DNA from: Phycisphaerales bacterium
GTDB taxonomy: Bacteria > Planctomycetota > Phycisphaerae > WQYP01
DNA length: 64,000 nt
Reading direction: 5' to 3'
Assembly: GCA_027451365.1 (NCBI GenBank)
Contig: DAIDJN010000041.1
Span: 109,367-173,366, forward strand
Shown here: piece by piece, positions 10,631 through 20,443 of the stretch
Numbering within the stretch: the stretch's first letter is position 1
Layout: each line of letters begins with the position of its first letter
Position numbers and translations under genes: made by a program
Notes under the pieces: model-generated
What the model saw: only the letters and a program-made list of their open reading frames with translations
Told to the model about the DNA's origin: nothing
Database searches by the model: none

Positions 10631-11811
10631 ATCCGATATTGATAAGGCAAATTAAAAATGCAATAGTGTCGATAACTACAACTGTTATGGCGTGCGCCGC
10701 GGCATTGGGGCTGGTGCTGCTGGCGCTCCGGCTGGCCGGGTACCCGCCCCTGGGCATTTTGCATCGCTGGATCATCGGGTCGGTTGGACGCATGTACTAT
10801 ATCAGCAATTCCCTGGCGGAAACCTGCCCGCTGCTGCTGACCGGTCTGGCCGCGGGCATCGCGTTCCGCTGCGGTGTGCTGAACATTGGTGCTCAGGGGC
10901 AGTTTCTGGTTGGCGCTATGGTCGCCACCGGTCTGGCGACGCGTTGGCGCATTGTCAGCGCGCCGTGGGCCGTCATGATGCTTGCGGTGTTCGGCGGAAT
11001 CCTGGCGGGGGGGCTTTGGGCGGCGTTGGCAAGCCTGATGGACCGTCGGCGCGGTGTGCCAATTGTTCTGTCCACCATTCTGCTGAATTTCATCGCGTTA
11101 TATGCGGTTCAGACCATCCTTGACGGACCGTTGCAGGCTCATGGCACTTCCGCGCCGCAAAGTCCGGAAGTTCAGGGGGCGTTCTGGCTGCCGGTGCTGA
11201 TTAAATTTTCCAGCCTGCACATTGGAATTATTTTTGCCTTTGCCCTGGCCATCCTCATGTATGTTGTCAATCGACAGACGCCTTTCGGATTCCAGACACT
11301 GGTCAGCGGCTTAAACCCACGGGCCGCCAAACGCGCCGGTATACCCGTGGAATCACGGCAGTTTATGACCATGTTTCTCAGCGGCTGTTTCGCCGGTCTG
11401 GGCGGGGCATTTCAAGTGTTGGGGGTTACGCATTTCATGACCGCCGATTTCGGCAATTACGGTTACGCCGGAATCGCCGTGGCTTTGTTGGGCCGGCTGA
11501 ACCCGATCGGTATCGCCTTTTCCGCCCTGTTTTTCGGACTGCTGGATACCGGCGCTTTGCGCGTGGAAGAAAGCTCCCTTGGCCTGCCGCACAACATCGC
11601 CAATGTGGTCAAGGGCGTGGTGGTGCTGGTAATGCTGCTGCTGATTGCATTTATGCAGCGCCGGCGGCTGGCCTCAATTGTGTCGGACAGCGGTGGCACA
11701 TCGCGCGGGGCGGGAAACCTTCCGGAATCGGCGGCAGTTTCCAATGAAACCGCCACTACCTTGCCAGCCCCATTGGATTCGCCGGGGCCGTCCGCGAAAG
11801 GGGCTGACTGA
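10627..11811 (+). CDS. ABC transporter permease (BPD_transp_2)
   Basis: PLLLTGLA..FRCGVLNIGAQGQ, GYAGIAVALLGRLNPIG; ATGA overlap with the ATPase. Confidence 0.92.
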   Translation: MNPILIRQIKNAIVSITTTVMACAAALGLVLLALRLAGYPPLGILHRWIIGSVGRMYYISNSLAETCPLLLTGLAAGIAFRCGVLNIGAQGQFLVGAMVATGLATRWRIVSAPWAVMMLAVFGGILAGGLWAALASLMDRRRGVPIVLSTILLNFIALYAVQTILDGPLQAHGTSAPQSPEVQGAFWLPVLIKFSSLHIGIIFAFALAILMYVVNRQTPFGFQTLVSGLNPRAAKRAGIPVESRQFMTMFLSGCFAGLGGAFQVLGVTHFMTADFGNYGYAGIAVALLGRLNPIGIAFSALFFGLLDTGALRVEESSLGLPHNIANVVKGVVVLVMLLLIAFMQRRRLASIVSDSGGTSRGAGNLPESAAVSNETATTLPAPLDSPGPSAKGAD

Positions 11812-11814
11812 CAC

Positions 11815-12807
11815 ATGAACGGATCAGCCGAAAATATCGTGACATTTCTTGCCCAGCAGATGGTGGCCGCCGCCGTGCCGCTGGTCATTGCCGGAATGGG
11901 CGAACTTATAGCCGAACTTGCGGGTGTCATTAATATTGGCATAGAAGGGTTGATGCTGATTGGCTGTATTGCCGCGTATGTGGGTGCCGGCGGCGGCAAC
12001 GGAAGCGTCGGGTTGGCGGCCGGTGTGCTCGCTGGCATGGGCATGGCGGCGATATTCGCATTTGTTTCCATTTCCGGCCGGGCGGATCAGATTGTCTGCG
12101 GGGCGGCAATTAATATTTTTGCCCTGGGTGCCAGCGGCACCGTCTGGACTGTTTACCGGCACTGGCGCGGCAGCCATGATATGTCTGTTTCACTGCCGCA
12201 CGGCGCGGGCTTTGATAAATGGCCGTTGCCGTATCTGGCGCATCTGCCGTTTTTCGGCAGAGTTATTTTCGACCAGTATTCCCTTTTTTACGGCGGTGTG
12301 CTGCTGGGGTTTGCAGTCTGGTTCATGTTGCGTTTTACCCGCATGGGATTGATTATCCGTTCACTTGGTGAATCGCCGGAAGCGTGCCAGGCCGCCGGCA
12401 TCCGGGTGCGTACCTGGCGGTGGGGGGCGGTTCTGTTCGCTGGCGGCTGTGCCGGTGCCGCAGGTGCCTATTTAAGTATCATGCGAACCCATGCTTTCGC
12501 CTCAGATATGACCGGAGGTCAGGGCTTCGTGGTGCTGGCGCTGGTCATTTTCGGCAGATGGAGCCTTGCCGGTCTGACCGTCGGATGCCTTTTCTTCGGT
12601 CTGATAAACGCCATTCAACAAGTGCTGCAAACCGCTCGCTATACAGCCCACAACCCGCTGATTGAGTCGCTGCGGCATATTCCATTTCAACTATTTCAAA
12701 TGCTGCCTTATCTGGCGGCTCTGGTGGCGCTTGCGGTTTTATCCCGCAATCGCCCGGGCCCGCAGGCTTTAGGTCAACCGTGGCCGCCAGTATCGCCGGG
12801 GGAGTAA
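11815..12807 (+). CDS. ABC transporter permease (BPD_transp_2)
   Basis: GELIAELAGVINIGIEGLML, GESPEA..AAGI, GQGFVVLALVIFGRW, QMLPY, GPQALGQP. Confidence 0.92.
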   Translation: MNGSAENIVTFLAQQMVAAAVPLVIAGMGELIAELAGVINIGIEGLMLIGCIAAYVGAGGGNGSVGLAAGVLAGMGMAAIFAFVSISGRADQIVCGAAINIFALGASGTVWTVYRHWRGSHDMSVSLPHGAGFDKWPLPYLAHLPFFGRVIFDQYSLFYGGVLLGFAVWFMLRFTRMGLIIRSLGESPEACQAAGIRVRTWRWGAVLFAGGCAGAAGAYLSIMRTHAFASDMTGGQGFVVLALVIFGRWSLAGLTVGCLFFGLINAIQQVLQTARYTAHNPLIESLRHIPFQLFQMLPYLAALVALAVLSRNRPGPQALGQPWPPVSPGE

Positions 12808-12870
12808 TCAGCCTTCAGATTCTGAGCCTCCGCCTGGCGGCGCGGCGGCAAACGATCGGCCCTGCTGGCG

Positions 12871-13995
12871 TTAGCGTACTTTCCTGCGATTGGCGGTCAG
12901 CAGTGCGAGTGCCAGACCGGCCGTTCCGGTAAACAAAAGCGGCAGCGATCCGGGCAGCGGTGCCGCGTCCCCGGCTGGAATCGGTGTCAGCAGAAATCCA
13001 AACCCCGATGAATCCGGACCTGAATTGCCGAATCCCACAATATCCCCATTGTTGTTGATCGCGTTGGCTTGCACCAGCGAGTCGCCTGAAGGCAGACCCG
13101 ATACCAGCGAATTTAAATTGGAAAGTACGCCATTTGAGTAAACAAAAGCAATCGGCAATGTACCGCTGATTGGTCCCGCACCGGCGTAGCCCACAATCGT
13201 GCCGCTGTTGTTAATGGCCGTGGCGACGCTCATCGCATAGGCCTGGGAACTGTCCAGGGAGGTTATGGTTCCGTTGGCGTCACTTATGGCATGCGCGTAT
13301 CCATTTGAATCGGTGTAATCCCCTACAATAACACCGGAATCGTTGATGGCGTTGGCATAGCCGCTGACGCCGCCAAACGTTCCCAGGTCTATCAGGCCAC
13401 CAGAAGATGTATAACTGAATGCATGGGTTGCGTTTGAATTTGAAACGGAGGTATAACCCACAATCGTCCCGCCAATGTTAATTGCCCTGGCCGAGCTGTT
13501 TGCAGTGTCAATAATGATAGGACTCGTTCCCGGCGTGGCGGAAAAAATCGCCGCGTTATAGCCGCCGGTGGAATTTCCCGTGGTGCCGACGATTTCCCCG
13601 CCGGAATTAATGGCTGCCGCTTCGCTGTTGTATGTACCGGTGCCCAAAAATGTGGTCGTGGATGGAGTAAAAATAGCTGCCTGCGCCAAGGTTCCATTCG
13701 AGGCCTGACCCACCACTGTGCCACCGCTGTTAATGCCGTCGGCCGAGCTGAAGCCAACCGAATTATTCGCCCCGATATTTATTGTGGTGCCGCCGTTGTA
13801 ACTGAACGCAGCATCATTTGAACCCACCACTGTGCCGGAATCGTTAATGCCATTTGCGCTGGAGGAATTGGGAATAATAGTAAGGCTGTATTGCGCGGCA
13901 TGGGCGGTTGAAGACATGTTAAGGCCAATGGTCATCGCGCCAAGAAAGGCCGCCGAGGCGGTAATATGTGCAAGCCGACGGGAATGAATTTTCAT
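12871..13995 (-). CDS. Secreted HAF-repeat (extracellular repeat) protein with APLPG C-terminal sorting signal
   Basis: About 7 repeats of A.(G/A)IN.SG..VG, plus THAFSY..GGLIDLGTFGG; signal peptide ending AHA; C-terminus APLPGSLPLLFTGTAGLALALLTANRRKVR. Confidence 0.88.
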   Translation of the reverse strand: MKIHSRRLAHITASAAFLGAMTIGLNMSSTAHAAQYSLTIIPNSSSANGINDSGTVVGSNDAAFSYNGGTTINIGANNSVGFSSADGINSGGTVVGQASNGTLAQAAIFTPSTTTFLGTGTYNSEAAAINSGGEIVGTTGNSTGGYNAAIFSATPGTSPIIIDTANSSARAINIGGTIVGYTSVSNSNATHAFSYTSSGGLIDLGTFGGVSGYANAINDSGVIVGDYTDSNGYAHAISDANGTITSLDSSQAYAMSVATAINNSGTIVGYAGAGPISGTLPIAFVYSNGVLSNLNSLVSGLPSGDSLVQANAINNNGDIVGFGNSGPDSSGFGFLLTPIPAGDAAPLPGSLPLLFTGTAGLALALLTANRRKVR

Positions 13996-14377
13996 GAGGT
14001 GCTCTCCATAAGGGCGCGGCTCAGGCCGGAAAGTTATCCGCCGCGCAATTGCCGTAATAAATGGGAGAGCTACTCACTCAAAATCTCTCCCGATCCGCAG
14101 TGAACGGATCATAATGGAAAAAAAATGATTTACAAGAAAAATATCAGGATATGCAGCGTCTGATAATCCATCGCGCTATTTGTTGCCAGCCGGGCTTCGT
14201 CGACATGGCGAATGGCGATGGTTGCTTTTCGCATATCCAGTTTTTACTTTTTGTCGGCGACAGTTGTTCAGGATTCAGGCCCTGATCGCGTCTGATATAT
14301 AAGGATCGGATATTTGAAAAAGCCACGTTCCAATGCGGAATATAGGTATAATATATATATATATGGTTATGTGAATG

Positions 14378-15316
14378 TTAACCTGGCGGACGCCAGCCGT
14401 CGGTTTTAAGTCGATCCACCACATCACGGGCGACCCAGCTCATGGCGTCCATGGCACCTTGCGTGCGCGCGGCCAGATGGGGGGCCAGAATCAGGTTCTT
14501 GACACCCCAAAGCGGATATTCCGCCGGTGGGGGTTCGGGCTCGTGCACATCCAAAGCCGCGCCGGCCAGACGACCGCCTTGCAGGGCGACTGCCAGTGCC
14601 GCCGCGTCAATGACTTCCCCACGGGAAGTGTTAATTAAATATGCGGTCTGACGCATGCGCTCAAGGGCGGCGGCGGAAATTAAATTCCGGTTGCCTTCCA
14701 CATGGCTGACGTGCACCGTCAGGATATCCGATTCCGCGTAAAGCTCGGGTTTGGTTACGCTTCGGGCGGGAAAATCCACATGTGCCGCCACGTCCAGAAG
14801 GTCGTTGTAAATGACCCTCATGCCGAACGCGTAGGCCACCCGCCCCACCGCCCGGCCGATTCGCCCCATGCCCAGAATGCCCATGGTTTTGCCGTGCAGT
14901 TCCAGCCCGCGTATGGTTTTCCGGTAGGCGTGAAACGCCTCGGCGGAAATCGAATCCGGAACGTGCACCAGCGGCCGCCCCAAATGAAATATCATATTAA
15001 ATACATATTCACATACTGCGTGCATGTTGGCGCCCGGAGTGGAAATAACCGCGACGCCCCGGCGGGCGCAGGCGGCTTGATCAATATTTTCCAGGCCCAC
15101 GCCGGCCCGTCCGACCACGCGGAGTTTGGGGGCCGCGGAAAGCAGCTCATCGTTTACCTGGGTGTAGGTACGCACAATCAGGCCATCGGCCAACGCCAGG
15201 TCCTTGCGCAACTGTTGTGGATTTTTCCAGCTTGATTCAATGACGTCCACCTGGCCTTTCAGCCAGGCGAAGGGAATTGCTTCGAGTCCTTCCGTTACAA
15301 CCACACAGAATGCCAT
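14378..15316 (-). CDS. D-isomer-specific 2-hydroxyacid dehydrogenase (SerA-like)
   Basis: LRVVGRAGVGLENID, GILGMGRIG, LINTSRGEV, GAALDVHEPEPP, ILAPHLA; no ACT domain. Confidence 0.9.
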   Translation of the reverse strand: MAFCVVVTEGLEAIPFAWLKGQVDVIESSWKNPQQLRKDLALADGLIVRTYTQVNDELLSAAPKLRVVGRAGVGLENIDQAACARRGVAVISTPGANMHAVCEYVFNMIFHLGRPLVHVPDSISAEAFHAYRKTIRGLELHGKTMGILGMGRIGRAVGRVAYAFGMRVIYNDLLDVAAHVDFPARSVTKPELYAESDILTVHVSHVEGNRNLISAAALERMRQTAYLINTSRGEVIDAAALAVALQGGRLAGAALDVHEPEPPPAEYPLWGVKNLILAPHLAARTQGAMDAMSWVARDVVDRLKTDGWRPPG

Positions 15317-15382
15317 AAGAATAATGCCTTCATGCTTATCGGTTACAAATGTTAGATTCCGAATATTGCGGACAAAAGCCAG

Positions 15383-16558
15383 TTATGGAGAGGCGTTGTC
15401 CGGGGCACGCATGTCATCCGGGTTCAGACCCACGCCGCGGCACCATTCCTGGTAGGCCGCGGGGGCAATTTCGCTGGGTTTTATTTCGCTTCGCCCGCCC
15501 CAGAACACATTGGTGTATGCGATTGGAATGCCCGTGGATTCAAGGTGCCGGTCAATGGCCGCCTTGTGGGCCAGGATAAGGTTTTTGTCTTTGCCATGGG
15601 CGACTCCCATGACGTTGACATTTCCGAATTCCGGTCCGCCTTCACGCCAGTAGGCATGTGTCATTATATGGAAACGTCCCACTTCGCATCCAGCTTCAAT
15701 TTCCCGTCCGGCGGGAACCGCCCAGTGAAACAGAGCGTTGTATTGCGTGACCTTGTCGCCGGTGGGAAGCGTTTTGACATGTTCCAGAAATGTGGAAAAG
15801 CGGCCAATCACGCCGAGCGTATGGAGGTCGGCCGCGACTTGAAAAAAATGATCCAATGACATGCCGATTTCAGCGGCGCGCGGCAGCCAGATATTTTGAC
15901 AAATTTCAGCCGGCGCAAATTCACGCTTCAATGCCACCAGCACCTGCCATTGTTCATCGGTCAATGTGACCACCGTCGTGGGGATGGCTTCGGCCGGAAC
16001 GTCCGCTTTGCTGCCGGGTTCAAGCCCGCGCCGGCGGACATGGCCCACGCCCAGCGCGAACAGCCGTTTGGCCGGCATTAACTTGAAGGAAACCGCGCCG
16101 ATTCGCTGCTGCAGGTAACGGCAATGCTTTTCCAGTGAATATCCCTGCGGAACCTTCAGTGTTGTCCAGAGCCGGTATTTTGATCCTGTGGTCTGGCCAT
16201 CGGTACTGCGAATGACCACATGACCGGAAAACGGGTCCTGTTGAAAAAGGTAATCAAAAGCCGCGTTGAGTTTTTCCGCCGGCACTTCCCACGCCACCAG
16301 GCAGCCTTCCGCAAGGCTGGTGGCCAGCAGCGTCTGTCGCACGCGGCGCACCACGCCGCCGCGCAGCATGGCGGTAATGCGCTCGATAACCGTATTGGTT
16401 TCCAACCCAGCCATGTTGGCGATTGCGCTGATCGGGTCGGTTTGAAAGCCCTGGATTTTGTCCTCTGAAACGGCAAGGATTCGGGCATTGATCGCATCGT
16501 GAATGTCGATGGGAATCTGCGCCTCAGAGGCCGGCGATGGAATGGTTGAACTGGTCAT
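15383..16558 (-). CDS. Fused two-domain Lrp/AsnC-like protein, siroheme decarboxylase AhbA/AhbB (NirDLGH)-like
   Basis: Two tandem wHTH+AsnC-like modules (P..AIA..AG....VI.R...M...GVVRR; P.A.EIGM......A..L...GVIGRF), NAL.HW.VP, MTHAYWR and GVAHG motifs; start moved to ATG 16558 to avoid overlap with the upstream gene. Confidence 0.6.
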   Translation of the reverse strand: MTSSTIPSPASEAQIPIDIHDAINARILAVSEDKIQGFQTDPISAIANMAGLETNTVIERITAMLRGGVVRRVRQTLLATSLAEGCLVAWEVPAEKLNAAFDYLFQQDPFSGHVVIRSTDGQTTGSKYRLWTTLKVPQGYSLEKHCRYLQQRIGAVSFKLMPAKRLFALGVGHVRRRGLEPGSKADVPAEAIPTTVVTLTDEQWQVLVALKREFAPAEICQNIWLPRAAEIGMSLDHFFQVAADLHTLGVIGRFSTFLEHVKTLPTGDKVTQYNALFHWAVPAGREIEAGCEVGRFHIMTHAYWREGGPEFGNVNVMGVAHGKDKNLILAHKAAIDRHLESTGIPIAYTNVFWGGRSEIKPSEIAPAAYQEWCRGVGLNPDDMRAPDNASP

Positions 16559-16604
16559 GGAAGCACCCAAAAAATACCGGCGGCGCGATTGCCGCCATTC
16601 TACC

Positions 16605-17108
16605 TTAATAATTGGAACCATCATGACGAATATGCACCACGGGGCGGGCGTTGTCGTCATCACACAGGCCGCCCTGTATGGCGGTGCCGATTATCAGCTC
16701 ATGGTCGGTTTTGAAATTCACACGCTGGTGCATGTCGCACCATATCCAGGCGCAGGCTTCGGTCAAAATCATTCCGCCGTTGTCCAGTCGGCGCGTTTTA
16801 ACACCTTCAAACGCGGAATCACCGGTCAGGCGCTGTCGGGCATATTTTCGCATCAGGCTTTTATCCCCGGCATGACAGACGTTTAACGCGAATCCACCTG
16901 TGTGTTGAATAACATCCGCAATTTCGCGATCGCGGTGAATGGCGACCCCAATACAGATCGGCTCGCGGCTGAGCTGCTGAACGAATGAAACCAGCATGGC
17001 CGAGGCGTCGGGTCCGTGGCCGGTGGTGAGAATAAAAATACCACTGGGAATTTTACCAACCGCTCGGAAAAGCGGCAAAATAGGTTCAACGGTGCTGTCA
17101 ATAATCAC
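16605..17108 (-). CDS. Flavin reductase-like FMN-binding protein
   Basis: AVGKIPSGIFILT, AMLVSFVQQ.S..P, FALNV, DHELIIG, P.VHIRHDGSNY; GTG start after GGAG (start uncertain). Confidence 0.85.
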   Translation of the reverse strand: MIIDSTVEPILPLFRAVGKIPSGIFILTTGHGPDASAMLVSFVQQLSREPICIGVAIHRDREIADVIQHTGGFALNVCHAGDKSLMRKYARQRLTGDSAFEGVKTRRLDNGGMILTEACAWIWCDMHQRVNFKTDHELIIGTAIQGGLCDDDNARPVVHIRHDGSNY

Positions 17109-17197
17109 TGAATACTCCAAAACAGTTCCGCCGCAACAGGCTTCCAATCCTTATTATAGGGAAATGGGGAATACAGGCCAGCGAAAGCCTGCGGCGC

Positions 17198-17557
17198 TGT
17201 CACGTCCTGATATAGGTTGTCACTGTTGGCAATGGAAATATCAGGAATTATGGTATGCGTGGACGGGTAATAAAGCGGTTTAGTGAGTATTTCAAACTGG
17301 GTGTGGTGGAGGAGTTTGAGCAGGGAAGATCCGGGTCGATTACGGAGGCGCGACTGCACCACGGGATTACGGGCGGAACGACGATTCAGACCTGGTTAAA
17401 AAAATATGGAAGGAATCATTAGATGGCGAAGGTGGTACGAGTGGAAAAGCCAGGCGAACAAGATCGGATACAGGAGTACAAAAAGCGTATAGCGCAGTTG
17501 GAGCGGGCGTTGGGGACACCGCCGGCGGAGAATGTGTTGAAGCCGCGGCGTTTTTAG
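17198..17557 (+). mobile_element. Truncated IS3-family insertion sequence remnant (left end plus interrupted orfA)
   Basis: Starts TGTCACGTCCTGATATAGGTTGTCAC (TG-initiated, IR-like). Frame 17255..17557 reads MRGRVIKRFSEYFKLGVVEEFEQG..SITEARLHHGITGGTTIQTWLKKYG, then TAG at 17420, then MAKVVRVEKPGEQDRIQEYKKRIAQLERALG: HTH plus coiled coil as in IS3 OrfA. No OrfB. Confidence 0.7.
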
Positions 17558-18222
17558 ATGATGTTAATCGCCCGACTGGCCACCAGCGCCACAAGTCCCA
17601 ATGAAATCATTGATTGGAGCATAATTAGTACTTTTGCCCAGCGCGAAAGTATGGCGGTGTCGGTGGGTGAAAATGCCGTGCTGGTGTTGAACGCCAGAAA
17701 TAAATAATCTAAAAACCGCGGCGACCAGGCCTGTCTTTTGGCGGTAGGCAGCAGCATTTGCGGAAACAGAAAGCAGCCTTCATCATGACTGCCGCGGAGG
17801 GACCGCGCGTGCGGACCCCCGGCATCCAGCCGCCAGTACCAGAGTGCGAAAACCACGATATTCGTCGCCCAGAGTATCGCCGCCGACGCCAGCATAACGC
17901 CCGCGGATTGCGAATGTTTGGGAATTGAATACACCAATACCGCCAGTGCGGATGCCACAAACGCCGTTAAGACGCCGGTTACAAAATGACCGACGATATG
18001 TGTGGGTCCGTACAACTGGCGGTAGTATAAAACGATCCATAACACCAGAAGCGGCATTAAAATAGTCGGCAACAGCCATTTGGCACCCAGCAGGAGGTTC
18101 GGCGGCAGCAGCATGTAAATGCCACATGCAAAAAGTGTCGCACTTACCGGCACCCATAACGGTTCAGGACGCGGAAAAGTCGCACCGGATCGGTTCGAGG
18201 AATTGGTTGTGGCATCTACCAT
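17554..18222 (-). CDS. DUF1345-like membrane protein
   Basis: Multiple TM helices; WATNIVVFALWYWRLDAGGP, FLFPQM, WSPRFLDYLFLAFNTSTAFSPTD, SRWAKVLIMLQS. Confidence 0.75.
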   Translation of the reverse strand: MVDATTNSSNRSGATFPRPEPLWVPVSATLFACGIYMLLPPNLLLGAKWLLPTILMPLLVLWIVLYYRQLYGPTHIVGHFVTGVLTAFVASALAVLVYSIPKHSQSAGVMLASAAILWATNIVVFALWYWRLDAGGPHARSLRGSHDEGCFLFPQMLLPTAKRQAWSPRFLDYLFLAFNTSTAFSPTDTAILSRWAKVLIMLQSMISLGLVALVASRAINII

Positions 18223-18297
18223 GTCTGTTTCCCGTTTTCCTATGACACGCGGTCCGGTCTGTCCGGCGAAGATATTTTGCCCACTCCATACGCGCGT

Positions 18298-20019
18298 TCA
18301 TCGCCGGGCAAACCGGCCAATGACAGGAGCCTGCCGCAGTTCTTCCATATTCAGCATACGGGCAGTTACGGCGAACACAAGTACTGCGGCCAGCAGCACC
18401 AGCGGCAGCCGCACGGCGACCGCCGGCAGGCTGTAAACCGGTCCAAGCAGGGTGATACCGCCAACGGCAAAATTCATGAGCAGCGCCGCGGCGGCCATGG
18501 CGGCTGTTACCACCAGCGTTTTGAAAATATGGGTCGACAACTGTTTTAGTCCAAGCAGGCCGACGCGCCGGCGCAGCAACTGTAAAAGAATGAGGCATTG
18601 AATCGCCGCCGATATGCTGGTGCTTGCGGCAATTCCCCCTTCCTGCATCGGCCAGATCAAAATAAGATTCAGGGTCACGTTCAACGCGACCATGGCGGCG
18701 GCAATTTTCATGGGGGTTATCGCGTCGTCCAGGGCGTAAAAAACCCGCACCAGAATCATCTGAAGTTCAAAGGCCCATATCCCGGCACAAAACCAGCGTG
18801 CCGCCCAGACGGCACGGACCACATCGGCCGCGTTCACACGGCCGCCAAGGTAAATGGCGCAGATCAGCATATGGCAGATGATAATCATGCCGACTGCCGC
18901 GGGCAGGCTCAAAAAAAGGCTTTTGGCGATGGCCGCGCGGGTCAGGCGTTTAATTTCCGGCATATCGTTGGCCACCGCGGCCCGCGAAAGCTGCGGAAAA
19001 ACCGCAGTGGCCGTGGCCACGCCGAAAATGCCCACCGGCAATAAATAAATGCGCTGCGCTACTGAAAGCTTGCCCAGCGCTCCGGCCAGCATGGGAGTTG
19101 CTATCAAATGACCGAGTAGATGAAAATGCGGCACACCACCATGACCATCCGGCGAAAGCCACCAAGCTATCTGAGAATCCAGAAAAGTGTTTAGCTGCAC
19201 TGCGGAAAGGCCCAGCACCATCGGCATCATGCGGCGGGTAATCAGCCGCACCGCCGGGCCGACAATTTCCGCGTGGACCGCATGTGTGGCATTTCGCATG
19301 CCGTTCAGATGCACGCCCGCGCGCCGCACATTCAACAGCATAATCGCCAATTGCACGATGCCGGACGCCAGAACCGCCCCAGCAACCCATACAATTCGGC
19401 AGTCCAGCGGATAATGGCGCGTCCAGATCGCGACCGGAATTGCCGCCGCCAGAATCATGGCACCATTGGCCACAATTGGCATCAGTGACTGTGCGGCGAA
19501 TCGTTCATGGGCCGCTGCCATCGCGCTAAGCAACGCCACCAGGCAGATCGCAATGCAATAGGGGAGCATAATGGCCACCATAGCCGCCGCCAGGCGATTG
19601 TTTGCCAGCACTGCATGGGACAGGGCAATGGGGATGGCCACGGCCTCACCAGCGACGACAAGCACCAGCAGCACCAGCGAAAGAATTGCCAGCACCCGAC
19701 TGGCCAGCGCATTGGCCGCATCGGGGCCGGATTCGGCACGTACCCGCGTGTAAACGGGTAGAAATATGGCGGTCAGCGCGCCTTCGCCAAAAATTCGGCG
19801 GAACAGATTGGGAAACTGAAAACCTATCCAGAACGCGGACCAGGTGGTTCCGACGCCCAGGAAATAGCTGCAGGCTTTGTCGCGGGCCAGGCCCGACAAC
19901 CGTGACAAAAATGTCAACTTGGACATTAGATTGGCATGGCGCACGAACCGTTCGGCACCCTGCCGGGGAGGCGTGGGTGCTGGATTCTCGGGCATATTTT
20001 CAATCTGCTTGTCCGCCAT
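18298..20019 (-). CDS. murJ: Lipid II flippase MurJ (MviN)
   Basis: LSRLSGLARD, FQFPNLFRRIFGEGAL, LPVGIFGVA.ATAVFPQLS, FYALDD..TP. Confidence 0.95.
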   Translation of the reverse strand: MADKQIENMPENPAPTPPRQGAERFVRHANLMSKLTFLSRLSGLARDKACSYFLGVGTTWSAFWIGFQFPNLFRRIFGEGALTAIFLPVYTRVRAESGPDAANALASRVLAILSLVLLVLVVAGEAVAIPIALSHAVLANNRLAAAMVAIMLPYCIAICLVALLSAMAAAHERFAAQSLMPIVANGAMILAAAIPVAIWTRHYPLDCRIVWVAGAVLASGIVQLAIMLLNVRRAGVHLNGMRNATHAVHAEIVGPAVRLITRRMMPMVLGLSAVQLNTFLDSQIAWWLSPDGHGGVPHFHLLGHLIATPMLAGALGKLSVAQRIYLLPVGIFGVATATAVFPQLSRAAVANDMPEIKRLTRAAIAKSLFLSLPAAVGMIIICHMLICAIYLGGRVNAADVVRAVWAARWFCAGIWAFELQMILVRVFYALDDAITPMKIAAAMVALNVTLNLILIWPMQEGGIAASTSISAAIQCLILLQLLRRRVGLLGLKQLSTHIFKTLVVTAAMAAAALLMNFAVGGITLLGPVYSLPAVAVRLPLVLLAAVLVFAVTARMLNMEELRQAPVIGRFARR

Positions 20020-20443
20020 GGGCCGGATATCCTTAACCCAAATCAGGGGAAATCCAATTCGTTAATGGGAATCATAATTGCAGGCCGGCTGCAGGCCAAA
20101 CCGGGTCAAATGTGCCAGCGCCTTCTGGCGCCCGCAAATGGGGATTGATTGGCCTGCTTGCGGGTCGGCCTTACCGGCGGGGGGGCATGCAGGCTTTGGC
20201 GATCGTCGTCAATGCAGGCTCTCCAGCTGTGCTTGCCACAGCCGTTGGCTGGTAGGGTACTGTCCGCCAAGGCGGGCTGCCGTCTGTTGCACCGTTTGGT
20301 GGGGGCCTGTGGCATGATTGACGCATTCATGGACGGCAACTAGCATACGTTGACGGAAAAAGGGAGGGGCCTGGGCCGGATTTACAGGCCCGCTCCGTCG
20401 CGGATTTTGGCGATTTTTAAACTGGTATTTAACTGGAATCAGC

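Noticed and set aside
14341..14365. (AT)n run as a phase-variable tract
   Set aside because: Short, at the 3' end of the dehydrogenase gene, and not clearly inside a promoter
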